A stretch of 64,000 nucleotides of DNA from Candidatus Aenigmatarchaeota archaeon (lineage in GTDB: Archaea > Aenigmatarchaeota > Aenigmatarchaeia > CG10238-14 > SpSt-28). The notes below the pieces were generated by a model that saw only the letters and a program-made list of their open reading frames with translations, was not told the DNA's origin and made no database searches. Every line of letters starts with the position of its first letter. Positions within the stretch are counted from its first letter, which is position 1. The position numbers and the translations under genes are program-made. Shown one piece after another: positions 21,791-30,911 of this stretch. The stretch covers positions 28,329-92,328 of the forward strand of contig JAVVFY010000003.1 of assembly GCA_032249395.1 (NCBI GenBank), written 5' to 3'.

Positions 21791-22763
21791 TTTTAACTCC
21801 TATTGCTTAACACTAATGATAAGCAGAGTTGTTTGTCGACCCATATATAATTTTTTTAACAACCTGTCGAGAGTGAAAATCGACAGTTCGACACCTCGAC
21901 AAAAAAGAAGAATAGCTTTTATTTTTAGAATAAAAGAAAGAATATATGCTTAAAGAGATTTTTGGTTTGAAAAAAGAAAACAAAGATGAAAAAATTGATG
22001 AGATGATTAAGTTAATTGATTCTCAGCTCTCTATGATTTCTATGGAAATTGAGAAGTTGAAGAATTTGGGTTCTAAAATTGAGAATATTGAGAAAAAAAT
22101 AGCAATTTTAGAAGAGCTTATTAAAGAACAAGGAGTCGAAATAAAGCCAAAACCGGTTAGTGAGAAAACAAAAGAAGCAATAAAGACTTTGTTGAAGAGA
22201 TATGGAAGCTTAAATGCCTGGCAGGTTGCCAAATTATTAAACATGTCTAGAACAAGATGCGCAGAATATCTTAAGCAAATGGAAGAAGAGGGGATTTTAG
22301 TCTCTCAATGGAAGAGTCGAAAAAAGTACTATTCGATTCGACAGTAAAATTTTTCGATGAAGTTTTTATTCGACAGATCGACTTTATCCTCTCTATAGAT
22401 TGTTCCCCTATGAAGTTTGTTTATTTTCAAGAATTTCGACAGTTTAACAAGCTTTATTTTTTGAGTAGTCTGAAGAAAGTAAGAGGAATTCTGAGTTGTC
22501 GAAAATCCGACAGTTATAATAGCTAGTTAGTTTTATTATTTTTTCTGTCGAAGTAGTTGTCGAGATGCTGTTGGGAGAGAATTGAACAAAAAATGCATTA
22601 TTGAAGGTGCATTCATCTCAATCTGTCGACAAAAATCGACTGTTTTTCTGAAATTCTCTACTTACTAGAGATAAAAATCTGAAGAGAGAAAAAATTTTGA
22701 GAGTTGAAGTATTTATCTTTAGCATTTTTAATTTTATTTCTAACTATCTAATCAACTCGACAC
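21325..22763. promoter_or_regulatory. Dense cluster of TCGACAG/CTGTCGA heptamers and TCGAC cores around the divergent promoter region and the regulator gene
   Basis: Exact heptamers start at 21325(-), 21348(+), 21603(+), 21864(-), 21880(+), 22338(+), 22370(+), 22436(+), 22545(-) and 22623(-). About 10 further TCGAC(A/T) variants are present, for example at 21718, 21834, 21888, 21896, 22378, 22497, 22558, 22636 and 22757. Confidence 0.6.
21946..22347 (+). CDS. Coiled-coil plus winged-helix DNA-binding protein (putative transcriptional regulator), divergent from the giant-gene operon
   Basis: The N-terminal half has a heptad-like pattern rich in E, K, I and L. The C-terminus TLLKRYGSLNAWQVAKLLNMSRTRCAEYLKQMEEEGILVSQWKSRKKYYSI looks like a MarR/TrmB-type wHTH. 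Confidence 0.6.
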   Translation: MLKEIFGLKKENKDEKIDEMIKLIDSQLSMISMEIEKLKNLGSKIENIEKKIAILEELIKEQGVEIKPKPVSEKTKEAIKTLLKRYGSLNAWQVAKLLNMSRTRCAEYLKQMEEEGILVSQWKSRKKYYSIRQ

Positions 22764-23459
22764 TTATTTAGAAATTTTGGGCTTTAGCCTAAGTAAGCCT
22801 AAAATGCCAAGAAAAACCTCAAGATCATAATTTTTGGCCCCTGAGGACAAAAATCATCACAGACCTTTTTATCCTCTTAGCATAAGATTTCAAATTTTTA
22901 AGTATCTCTAGTTCAAAATGCTCCACTTGGATCACTTCATACTTCTTAAATTTTAAAAATCAACGCAGATAAATTGTCTAAGTGGAACATTTCAAGACTC
23001 TTCTAGCTCCAATAATGTTAAAGACAAAATCTTTTTATCTATCAACAACTCCTAATTTTTTATGTTCTCTTTCTTGTCAATCAAGCACTTTCTCGTATGC
23101 TACATAGGGAAAAAACTTTATATATGAATCTTTATCCATGATTGCGAAACTCCTTATTTGAAGATATTTTTTTGCAGAGATTGCTTTAAATAATTATCAA
23201 TAGTTCTAATAAAAGAGATAAATTTAGCACAGTATCCTGTGTACCAGAAAAATTTTACATATACCCTTTTACAATGCTGAGGGATTTTTAATTCCTCCAA
23301 CTTCATTCTAATTATAAGTTAGAGATATAAATGCTCGTTTGAATATACTAAATTGTGGAAACTGCTCCCCCAGAAAGCCCACTATGTCAATGTTGCTATA
23401 TCCTCACTAAAAAAGATGAGGAAAAGGTAGAGAATTTAAGTAGAAGTGGAATCAGGAGT

Positions 23460-23532
23460 GGGCGGGTAGCTTAGTGGCTGGAGCGCTCGGCTGATAACCG
23501 AGAGGTCGTGGGTTCGAATCCCACCCCGCCCA
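23460..23532 (+). tRNA. tRNA-Ile (anticodon GAT)
   Basis: It folds by hand into a cloverleaf. The acceptor is GGGCGGG/CCCGCCC, the anticodon arm is CTCGG-CTGATAA-CCGAG, and the T arm is GTGGG-TTCGAAT-CCCAC. Length 73 nt, no encoded CCA. Confidence 0.9.
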
Positions 23533-23702
23533 TCTTTACTATTTTTGACTCAGAACCGTACTTAATATTATTATTAATTAATCGCAAATGAGGGAAAAAT
23601 TAACTATCTTTATTATTTGTTTACATTCTATTCTTATTTTTACCCTTTCCACTCTTTAAAAAATTAAAGAAGAAGTTTTTAATTAAAACGAGAATAATTT
23701 AG

Positions 23703-24299
23703 ATGAAAGGCAAGTTTATAGTTTTTGAAGGTATTGACGGCGCCGGCCTAACAACACAAGCAGAGTTGTTGGAAAAATATCTAAAAGAAAAAAAATATGA
23801 AGTTGTTCTAACAAAAGAACCAACAAACAGCTTAATTGGAGGTATAATAAGAGCTGCTTTGAAAAAAGAATGGTTAACATCAAACAGAACATTGCAACTA
23901 TTATTCTCTGCTGATAGATCCCATCATATTGAAAAAGAAATAATTCCAGCTTTAGAAAGCGGAAAAATAGTTATTTGTGATAGGTATTTCATTTCAACAA
24001 TTGCTTATGGAATGATAGAGGTAGAAAAAGATTGGTTAAAATCTCTTAACTCAAAGTTTTTGTTGCCAGATATTATTTTCATAATCGACGTTCCAGTAGA
24101 AGTTTCAATAGAAAGGATAAAAGCGAGCAGATTTGGATTCGAGCTTTTTGAAGAAAAGAAAAAACTTGAAAAGATAAGAAACAATTTTCTTGAGCTTTCA
24201 AAAGAATACAAAAATTGCTTTGTGATTAATGGAAACAGAAGTATAGAGGATGTTCATAAGGAAATTGTTAAAATTGTAGAAGAAAAACTAAAGCTCTAA
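23703..24299 (+). CDS. tmk: Thymidylate (dTMP) kinase with an atypical P-loop
   Basis: The sequence FIVFEGIDGAGLTTQAELLEKYLK...LTKEPT...DRY matches the Tmk layout. The Walker-A position is Leu (CTA, 23748-23750) rather than Lys. Confidence 0.8.
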   Translation: MKGKFIVFEGIDGAGLTTQAELLEKYLKEKKYEVVLTKEPTNSLIGGIIRAALKKEWLTSNRTLQLLFSADRSHHIEKEIIPALESGKIVICDRYFISTIAYGMIEVEKDWLKSLNSKFLLPDIIFIIDVPVEVSIERIKASRFGFELFEEKKKLEKIRNNFLELSKEYKNCFVINGNRSIEDVHKEIVKIVEEKLKL

Positions 24300-25355
24300 T
24301 TCGGCCAATCTTTTCAAAGCCTCTACTTTTTCTTTTCTTTCAATTTCTGCTTTCTCTAAAATTTCTTTTAATGTTCTTATGCTTTCATCATAAGTCTTTC
24401 TATCAACAGGGTAAGGTATTCTGTCTTTCCCACCGTGTGCAAATGTGTATTTAACTGGATCTATCCAGCTTGCCTCCTTTCCATAAACTAGCTTTGCTAT
24501 TAAAGCTAGGGCTCTAACAGTTTTTGGACCAACTCCTTCAAAGGCGACAAGTTCTTCATAATTTTTTGGATCAAATTCATGCAAATCCAAAAGTTTCTGA
24601 TAAACCTTTATATCGAAAGTGTGTTCTACCGGCATTTTGAGAAACTTATATAGGCTATGAGGAGAAGAAAAATATTTCTTGAATTTTCTAACATCCTCTT
24701 TAACAATATCAACGCTCGCTTTTCTCGCTTCTTCGCTTTCTTTAGCAACCATATTTAAAACTTTCTCTTCCTTAAAGCCAACTATTGCTGAATGAGGTTC
24801 CACAACAAAAGAATTTAATGAGAAAGAAAGCCAATGATATCTTCTTGCCAATTTATTTTCAACATTCATTCCTTGTTGAACTACTGCCCATTTCCCATCT
24901 TCTGTTACAAAAAATGAATGATGATAAATTTGATAACCAGCCTGAATTAAGGAATTATCAACCTTTGCTACCATTCTGCTTGCATACTTTAATTCTTCAA
25001 TTTTTCTCGTAGATAGTCTAAATTCCTCCCCAATTTTTTCTATTTCCTCTGGAGTCTTTTTAGAGGATGAACCCTTACCTCCTAAAACTTTAACACCAAC
25101 ATTTTCTTTGTTTAATCCTTCTTTTAGTGCACCAGTCAGAGTTGTTGTTGTTCCTGAGCTATGAAAATCCATACCTACACAACAAGACAATGCCTGAAAC
25201 CAAAAAGGATTAGATATTCTTTTTAAAAATTCATCAACGCCGTATTCTTCAATTATTATTTTAACTATCGATGTCGAAAGCTTAGTCATTCTTTTGAACA
25301 ACCAAGCTGGTACACTTCCATAGTGTAATGGTAGTTCGGCAATTCCCACTCTCAT
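24288..25355 (-). CDS. DUF763-family protein with a C-terminal helix-hairpin-helix
   Basis: The N-terminus IAELPLHYGSVPAWLFKRM...FQALSCCVGMDFHSSGTTTT and the HhH-like FEGVGPKTVRALALIA resemble the DUF763 pattern. This is recalled from memory. Confidence 0.5.
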   Translation of the reverse strand: MRVGIAELPLHYGSVPAWLFKRMTKLSTSIVKIIIEEYGVDEFLKRISNPFWFQALSCCVGMDFHSSGTTTTLTGALKEGLNKENVGVKVLGGKGSSSKKTPEEIEKIGEEFRLSTRKIEELKYASRMVAKVDNSLIQAGYQIYHHSFFVTEDGKWAVVQQGMNVENKLARRYHWLSFSLNSFVVEPHSAIVGFKEEKVLNMVAKESEEARKASVDIVKEDVRKFKKYFSSPHSLYKFLKMPVEHTFDIKVYQKLLDLHEFDPKNYEELVAFEGVGPKTVRALALIAKLVYGKEASWIDPVKYTFAHGGKDRIPYPVDRKTYDESIRTLKEILEKAEIERKEKVEALKRLAELEL

Positions 25356-25360
25356 AGGAA

Positions 25361-26248
25361 TTACTTTGTAAGACGTTTTTTAAACTCTCTTTCAGCCTCT
25401 TTTATACATTTTATTACTTCTTTTTTAATTTCCTTCCTTAATTTTTCTTTCAACTTAACAATCCTTGACAAATTTTTTCTTTTCTGGACTTTCAATATTA
25501 ACTTAATCATCTTAATTTTCTCTTCATGTTTCGTGTATTTAAGCAACTTTCTGGCAATAGAAATCACTTCATCTTGTCTCTCTAAATATACGATCCAGCG
25601 CTTGCATGGTTCCTTATGAAGTCTAAAAATTGGATGATATCCATCTTTTTTAAGTCTCTCGTATATGCCTCTTAATATGTGCCTGTCCTTTGTGATTATA
25701 GAGAGTCTTATATTGATACTATTCTCGCCTCTTTTCCTTATAAACCAACAGCCATCAGCATCTATATATCCAGCAAGGAATGCATAAAAAAATTCGCCTT
25801 GTGGAAGTTTTACTGGTTTTTCTAATATAAATTCAAACGAAGAATCTAAGTAAGCTTTAAGGTTCCAATCAAACTTTGGAGTAATCTTTCTTTTTCTGGG
25901 TGTCTTACTGCAGTGACCATACTTACTGAAGAGTTTACAAAAAAGATGAACCATAGAAGGATGAGTAGTTGACAAAGAACATATTATCTTATTGTGCGAC
26001 TTCACTACATAAAGGTCCCCCGAGCGAAAACCGATTAAGTAATATTTCTCTATTTCATTTCCTGAGAAAGGAGATGTTGGATATTCACTATTTGCTTCTG
26101 ACAAAGTTCTACGAGAGAGGCTGTATTCAATCATTCTCCGTCTTATAGTTTCTTTACCAACTCCAATTATTTTAGCTATTTGAGATAAACTTAGCTTTTC
26201 TTTATAATACATTCTCTTTATTTCTTTTATAGGAAATTCTTTTTCCAT
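25361..26248 (-). mobile_element. Free-standing HTH plus LAGLIDADG homing-endonuclease-like gene
   Basis: The N-terminal HTH is LSLSQIAKIIGVGKETIRRRMIEY. The first dodecapeptide motif is degenerate (YYLIGFRSGDLYV) and the second is canonical (YAFLAGYIDADGCWFI). The C-terminal tail is basic. Confidence 0.7.
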
Positions 26249-26451
26249 TTTATTCTAGCTATTAATGCGGCTTCTTTTAAGTTTCTTCTTTTTATACCAA
26301 ACTTTTTTAAATAATATCTCACTCCAGCAGGAGACATTCCTACTAATTTAGCAATCTCGGTAGTGCTTTTCTTTTTTCTCCAATAAAGGTTATATAGCTT
26401 TGCTTTTTCCAAGACTTTTTTGTTTCTACTATTTATTTTTTTATCACTCAT
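26227..26451 (-). CDS. Small HTH protein, paralogous to the N-terminus of the adjacent LAGLIDADG gene
   Basis: YWRKKKSTTEIAKLVGMSPAGVRYYLKKFGIKRR aligns with YYKEKLSLSQIAKIIGVGKETIRRRMIEYSLSRR of the downstream ORF. The two ORFs overlap by 22 nt. Confidence 0.5.
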   Translation of the reverse strand: MSDKKINSRNKKVLEKAKLYNLYWRKKKSTTEIAKLVGMSPAGVRYYLKKFGIKRRNLKEAALIARIKWKKNFL

Positions 26452-26666
26452 ATAGTGTATTATATTATGTATATAAATATTTTTCTTTTTATAAATATAT
26501 AAATTTAAATATATAAATTATTATTGCAAATTTTAGAGGAATAGCAAAAATTTGCCTTTTAATAAACCTCTTCCAAAAACCACACTATTGTTATGTAAAT
26601 ATCCAGTAACGTCCTCATTTTTTACTGCAGCTTTCCATAAAAATCTTTAGGAAAATAATTAGATAT

Positions 26667-26739
26667 GCGCCAGTCGTCTAGCCTGGTAGGACACGAGCTT
26701 CCCAAGCTCGGAGCCCGGGTTCAAATCCCGGCTGGCGCA
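26667..26739 (+). tRNA. tRNA-Gly (anticodon CCC)
   Basis: The acceptor is GCGCCAG/CTGGCGC, the anticodon arm is CGAGC-TTCCCAA-GCTCG, and the T arm is CCGGG-TTCAAAT-CCCGG. Length 73 nt. Confidence 0.9.
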
Positions 26740-26833
26740 AGGATTTTAAAATGTAACTTAATTTTTAAAATTTAATGTCTTAGAATTTTGGTTGTATTTA
26801 ATAAAAACATTAAAAACATCACTATTTAATTAA

Positions 26834-27118
26834 TTATAATTCTCTGTGTTTTTTTCTAACGCTTTTCCCTGGCTGAGCTATTCCCCTGAATCTAGCGCAG
26901 CTTGGGCAAACATAATATTTTCTTTTAAATGTATGCAAGTATCTCGGATCAATTTGTTTCCTCAAAGTTGGGTCGTTTATGAAAAAACCTTTAGTAACTA
27001 TAAAAGCTTTGTATCTAGGCAATCTTCTTCCACAAAAAGAGCATTCAACTACAGTTTCGCTTCCTCTCGCATGTGTATGTTCATATTTTCTCTTGTAAGG
27101 TGCTTCACTTATTGGCAT
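26834..27118 (-). CDS. rps26e: Ribosomal protein S26e
   Basis: The two Cys pairs have S26e-like context: VECSFCGRRLPRYKAF and YYVCPSCARFRGI. The C-terminus is basic. Confidence 0.65.
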   Translation of the reverse strand: MPISEAPYKRKYEHTHARGSETVVECSFCGRRLPRYKAFIVTKGFFINDPTLRKQIDPRYLHTFKRKYYVCPSCARFRGIAQPGKSVRKKHREL

Positions 27119-27251
27119 AATTCTTAATGATTTTAATGTTTAAATCTTTGAAGTAGATAGCCTCTTTAAACTTTAAGTGATAGAACGTGATGTTAACTTC
27201 TACAAAACAACTTGTAGTAAGCAATTTTTAATTAATTTTTGAAGTGAAAAT

Positions 27252-28277
27252 ATGGGGGTTCAGATTGGAACGATAATTCCTAGAAGAGAAATAGAATTAG
27301 AAAGCCTAGCTGGTAAAAAAATCGCTATTGATGCCTACAATGCTCTATTTCAATTTTTAAGTATAATAAGAGATAAGATGACTGGAGAACCTTTGAAAGA
27401 CAGCAAAGGTAGAATAACATCTCATTTATCAGGTCTGTTCTACCGAACTATAAATTTAATAGAAGCTGGAATTAAGCCAATTTATGTTTTTGATGGAAAA
27501 CCGCCTGAATTCAAAAAAGCCACTCTCGAGAAAAGAGAGGAAATGAAAAAAGAAGCTGAAGAAAAGATGAAAGAAGCTTTGGAAAAAGGAGAAGAGGCAA
27601 TAAAATATGCCCAAGCAACAGCAAGAGTTACGGAGGAAATAGTTAACGATGCAAAAAAGCTTTTACAACTAATGGGAGTTCCAATAGTTCAGGCTCCAAG
27701 TGAAGGCGAAATGCAAGCCGCATACATTGCAAAAAAAGGAGACGCTTATGCTTCTGCTTCTCAAGATTATGATTCTTTGCTTGTTGGTTCCCCAAGATTA
27801 ATAAGAAATCTGAACATTACTGGTAAAAGAAAATTGCCAAATAAAGAAGTTTATGTTGATATAAAGCCTGAGCTAATAGAATTAGAAGAGGTTTTGAAGA
27901 CTTTAGAAATAAATAGGGAGCAACTAATAATAATAGGTATTTTGGTTGGGACTGACTATAATCCGGAAGGAATAGAGGGTATTGGACCAAAAAAAGCTTT
28001 AAAGCTCGTTAAAGAAAAAAAGACTTTGGAAAATGTTTTGAAAGAAGTTGAGTGGAAGTTTGACGTCAAAGCAGAAGATATCTACAACTTTTTCCTGAAT
28101 CCTCCCGTTACCGATAGTTATAAGCTTGAGTGGAAAACGCCAGACGAAGATGGAATAATAAAATTCATGGTCGAAGAACACGATTTTTCTGAGGAAAGGA
28201 TAAGAAATGGAATAGAAAAGTTAAAGCAAGCATTTTCTAAATCTCAACAAAAAAGCTTGGGAAACTGGCTTAGATAA
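27252..28277 (+). CDS. fen: Flap endonuclease 1
   Basis: It begins [40 protein letters not shown] and contains [17 protein letters not shown] and [19 protein letters not shown]. The C-terminus has a PIP-like motif (QKSLGNWL). Confidence 0.9.
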   Translation: MGVQIGTIIPRREIELESLAGKKIAIDAYNALFQFLSIIRDKMTGEPLKDSKGRITSHLSGLFYRTINLIEAGIKPIYVFDGKPPEFKKATLEKREEMKKEAEEKMKEALEKGEEAIKYAQATARVTEEIVNDAKKLLQLMGVPIVQAPSEGEMQAAYIAKKGDAYASASQDYDSLLVGSPRLIRNLNITGKRKLPNKEVYVDIKPELIELEEVLKTLEINREQLIIIGILVGTDYNPEGIEGIGPKKALKLVKEKKTLENVLKEVEWKFDVKAEDIYNFFLNPPVTDSYKLEWKTPDEDGIIKFMVEEHDFSEERIRNGIEKLKQAFSKSQQKSLGNWLR

Positions 28278-28390
28278 TCTTAGATAATCAAATTTTGTAG
28301 GAAATTTCCTTTAGTTTTTTAACTATTTTATGAGTCTGAGTGAAACTCTAGTAAATATTAGTGTTATTAAACCTGTTGTCATTTTGTACA

Positions 28391-29374
28391 TCAAGATTTT
28401 ATCCTTTCAACTACTTTATAATTTCCGTTTTCAAGCTTATAATGAAGTATATAATCATTAGAAATCTTCCCAAATAAAGGAGTGTAAATCCACTTTTTAA
28501 TATTTCTTAAAGTTGGATTTTTTAAATAATACTCGATTGCTCTTGTATGTTGAGCACCGTAAATAACTAATAAGTAGTTTTTAGACTTTTGTAGCTCGGA
28601 TAATCTTTCTAACCTTTCAGAAGCTATCACATTTCTATAATCAAACACCCCATAGCCAACAATATCCTCTATTCCATAATTAAAAAGTGATTTGCTATCG
28701 ATCAAATTAGCAGAATATCTACCATTATAGCTACCAAAAAATAAAGGAAAGAAAAGTTGCGAAAGGAGAAAAACGATAAACCTTCTTCTTTTCAACTTTT
28801 TTCTAAAAAAGTAAAAATAAAGTGCTAGCGAAACAGGATAAGATAAATACATAAAACTGTCTACAGCAAAAAATACATCATCGTTATCAAATGTATTAGG
28901 ATCGACAACATATATTTCTTTGCTTAGCTCTGCGCATAATTTTACTACATTGCTATAAAAATATGAAGATTGATAGTAAATGTCACTCTCTAACACTTTA
29001 TCTATATAATATTCTAAAACGACAGCATCCGCTTCTTTTATTACTTTATAAAGAAACTCTTTATAGTATCTAAAATATTTTTCATTATGAGCAACACCAA
29101 CAATTTTATATTTTACTCCATTTACTTCCAAGTCTAAAATTTCAAAAAGAGATGGCAAATCTGACCAATCTCCCCTTCTTTCAACCCACTTCTCAAACTC
29201 TCTTTCGAATCTTTCCCTATTAGGATTTTCTGTAAGCTCTTTTCCAACTTCTGAAGCTAAAATTGGAACAAAGGGAATGGACAAAGAGATTAATTCGAAA
29301 GCAGATTTCGAATTCTCGCTGATAAATTTAATAAATTCTTTTATAAACAGTCTTCCACTTAACTTTTCACGCAT
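28391..29374 (-). CDS. Hypothetical membrane protein with weak TraB/GumN-like features
   Basis: The motifs IVGVAHNEKY...ADAVVLEY and VIYGAQHTRAI weakly resemble TraB-family motifs. There are central hydrophobic segments. Confidence 0.3.
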   Translation of the reverse strand: MREKLSGRLFIKEFIKFISENSKSAFELISLSIPFVPILASEVGKELTENPNRERFEREFEKWVERRGDWSDLPSLFEILDLEVNGVKYKIVGVAHNEKYFRYYKEFLYKVIKEADAVVLEYYIDKVLESDIYYQSSYFYSNVVKLCAELSKEIYVVDPNTFDNDDVFFAVDSFMYLSYPVSLALYFYFFRKKLKRRRFIVFLLSQLFFPLFFGSYNGRYSANLIDSKSLFNYGIEDIVGYGVFDYRNVIASERLERLSELQKSKNYLLVIYGAQHTRAIEYYLKNPTLRNIKKWIYTPLFGKISNDYILHYKLENGNYKVVERIKS

Positions 29375-29548
29375 TATAATTTAGATTAAAAACAAAAATA
29401 AAAAAATTAATACCCTTAAGCTCTTTTTCTTGACAGTATTTGTAAATTAGTACATAAACGTATCATTCATGACGTTACCATATTGTTTACAGAATCGAAC
29501 AGTTTTCATAAATCCTACTTTGATTTATAACTAAATCAAGTTGAATTT

Positions 29549-29622
29549 TGGGCCTGGCGGGATTCGAACCCGCGACCAACCGGTTAAGAGCCGGCTGCTC
29601 TACCTGGCTGAGCTACAGGCCC
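29549..29622 (-). tRNA. tRNA-Lys (anticodon CTT)
   Basis: The reverse complement reads GGGCCTG TA GCTCAGCCAGGTAGAGC A GCCGG CTCTTAA CCGGT TGGTC GCGGGTTCGAATCCCGC CAGGCCC A. Length 74 nt. Confidence 0.9.
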
Positions 29623-29658
29623 GAGATAATTTTTTTCTACTAAACATTAAAATTTTAT

Positions 29659-30027
29659 ATGAAAAAAGAAATAGAAGCTTTTTTAGAATTAAAAAATTTG
29701 GTAGAAAAAATGAATTCTGAAATTTCTTGCGTTATTGTTGAAGGTAGAAAAGATAAAGAAGCTTTAGAGAGAATTGGTTATAAAGGTAGGATAATATATG
29801 CTAATAAATTCGAGATGGCTAATGGAATGGTTGTTATATTGACTGATTTCGACAAAGAGGGAAAAGAAATAGCAAAAAGAATAACAATAAGTATTGGAGA
29901 AAAGAATATTGATAAGTTTTTCAGAAATGAATTCAAAAAAATTTTGAAATCTATTGGCAGAGACGATATTCAATCGATAATCAATCTTTGCAAAAAGTAT
30001 GAAAAAATGTCCGATCAAAACTTATAA
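29659..30027 (+). CDS. Small Toprim-domain protein
   Basis: CVIVEGRKDKEALERIGY supplies the conserved Glu and VVILTDFDKEGKEIAKRI supplies the DxD motif. Confidence 0.6.
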   Translation: MKKEIEAFLELKNLVEKMNSEISCVIVEGRKDKEALERIGYKGRIIYANKFEMANGMVVILTDFDKEGKEIAKRITISIGEKNIDKFFRNEFKKILKSIGRDDIQSIINLCKKYEKMSDQNL

Positions 30028-30641
30028 GCAACTAAACCTTTTGTCTCTTCAACTTTTACAATTTTACTAAAACCAGCTAATAAAAGCCTTCTTGCTATTC
30101 CCTTAATAAAATTCTTACCAGAAAGTTTCCCTGGTTCCCCAGTATAATGGAATATCTTTCCACCTTTCTTCAAAACTCTGAAAAGTTGATTGTAAAACTC
30201 TTGAGAATAAAGTTCCGGTGCTAAGGAAAATCTCGGAGGATCATGAATTATAAAATTAAAACTTTCACTCTCAAAGCTTCTAACAACTTCAAATGCATCA
30301 CCAATTATCAATTCTATTTTTGGATTTTCAAAAAGCTCTCTAGAAAATTCATTTTGCTTAGCAATTTTTATCACATTCTCATCTTTTTCAATAGTCACAA
30401 CTTTCTCGACGCTTTTCTTCCTAGCCGCTAAAATTGCTGTATAACCTAAACCAGTGCAAATATCTAAAATCTTGCCATAAATTTTACCTAAAGATTTTAT
30501 TTTTAGTTCAGTATCGGTTTTTGGATCCACATCTTTAATTCTATGCATGTGAATTCCAGAAATTTCTAATGTTGGCCAAGTTGACGTTGGGATTAGTTTG
30601 TAAAATTTATTCGTTTTCTTATCAAAGAGCTTAACTCCCAT
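30015..30641 (-). CDS. Class I SAM-dependent methyltransferase with a DPPR motif
   Basis: Motif I is ILDICTGLGYTAILAA and motif IV is IIHDPPRF. I cannot infer the substrate. Confidence 0.6.
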   Translation of the reverse strand: MGVKLFDKKTNKFYKLIPTSTWPTLEISGIHMHRIKDVDPKTDTELKIKSLGKIYGKILDICTGLGYTAILAARKKSVEKVVTIEKDENVIKIAKQNEFSRELFENPKIELIIGDAFEVVRSFESESFNFIIHDPPRFSLAPELYSQEFYNQLFRVLKKGGKIFHYTGEPGKLSGKNFIKGIARRLLLAGFSKIVKVEETKGLVAYKF

Positions 30642-30911
30642 AAAAAACTTTGTTAAAAGAAAAAATAAGAAAAGTGAAATTATTGAATGGAACTATATTT
30701 TCTAAAAGCACGTAAAAATAAAAATATTTATAAAAATGGTTAAAATCAACCATAAAATGGAGGAAAAAGACAGCACGCGAAGAGGGTTGATTTTGATTTT
30801 TGTGTTATAGTAAAAGAGAGGAATTAGGAGAAAGAATTTTGAAGAATTGAAAAAGAAAAAAGATAAACTTGTTAAAGATATTCTGATAGATGGAATAGAA
30901 ATAATTTAAGT

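Noticed and set aside
22308-22526. The 72-aa ORF downstream of the regulator gene
   Set aside because: It overlaps the end of the wHTH gene and runs through the TCGACAG motif field. It has no recognisable motif or SD-like element, so it is probably not coding.
26452-26666. An extremely AT-rich spacer with three TATATAAAT-type repeats, considered as an origin or unwinding element
   Set aside because: It is short and lies directly upstream of a minus-strand gene and a tRNA. Overlapping archaeal TATA-box promoters explain it more simply, and no flanking inverted ORB-like repeats are visible.
26846-27127. The 93-aa plus-strand ORF
   Set aside because: It is the mirror of the S26e gene, whose Cys-pair motifs identify the minus strand as coding.
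30642-30911. A 270-nt intergenic region with the small hairpin GGTTAAAATCAACC and a 24-codon mini-ORF
   Set aside because: I cannot support a functional call here. The hairpin is weak and AT-rich, and the mini-ORF has no SD-like element or conserved motif.
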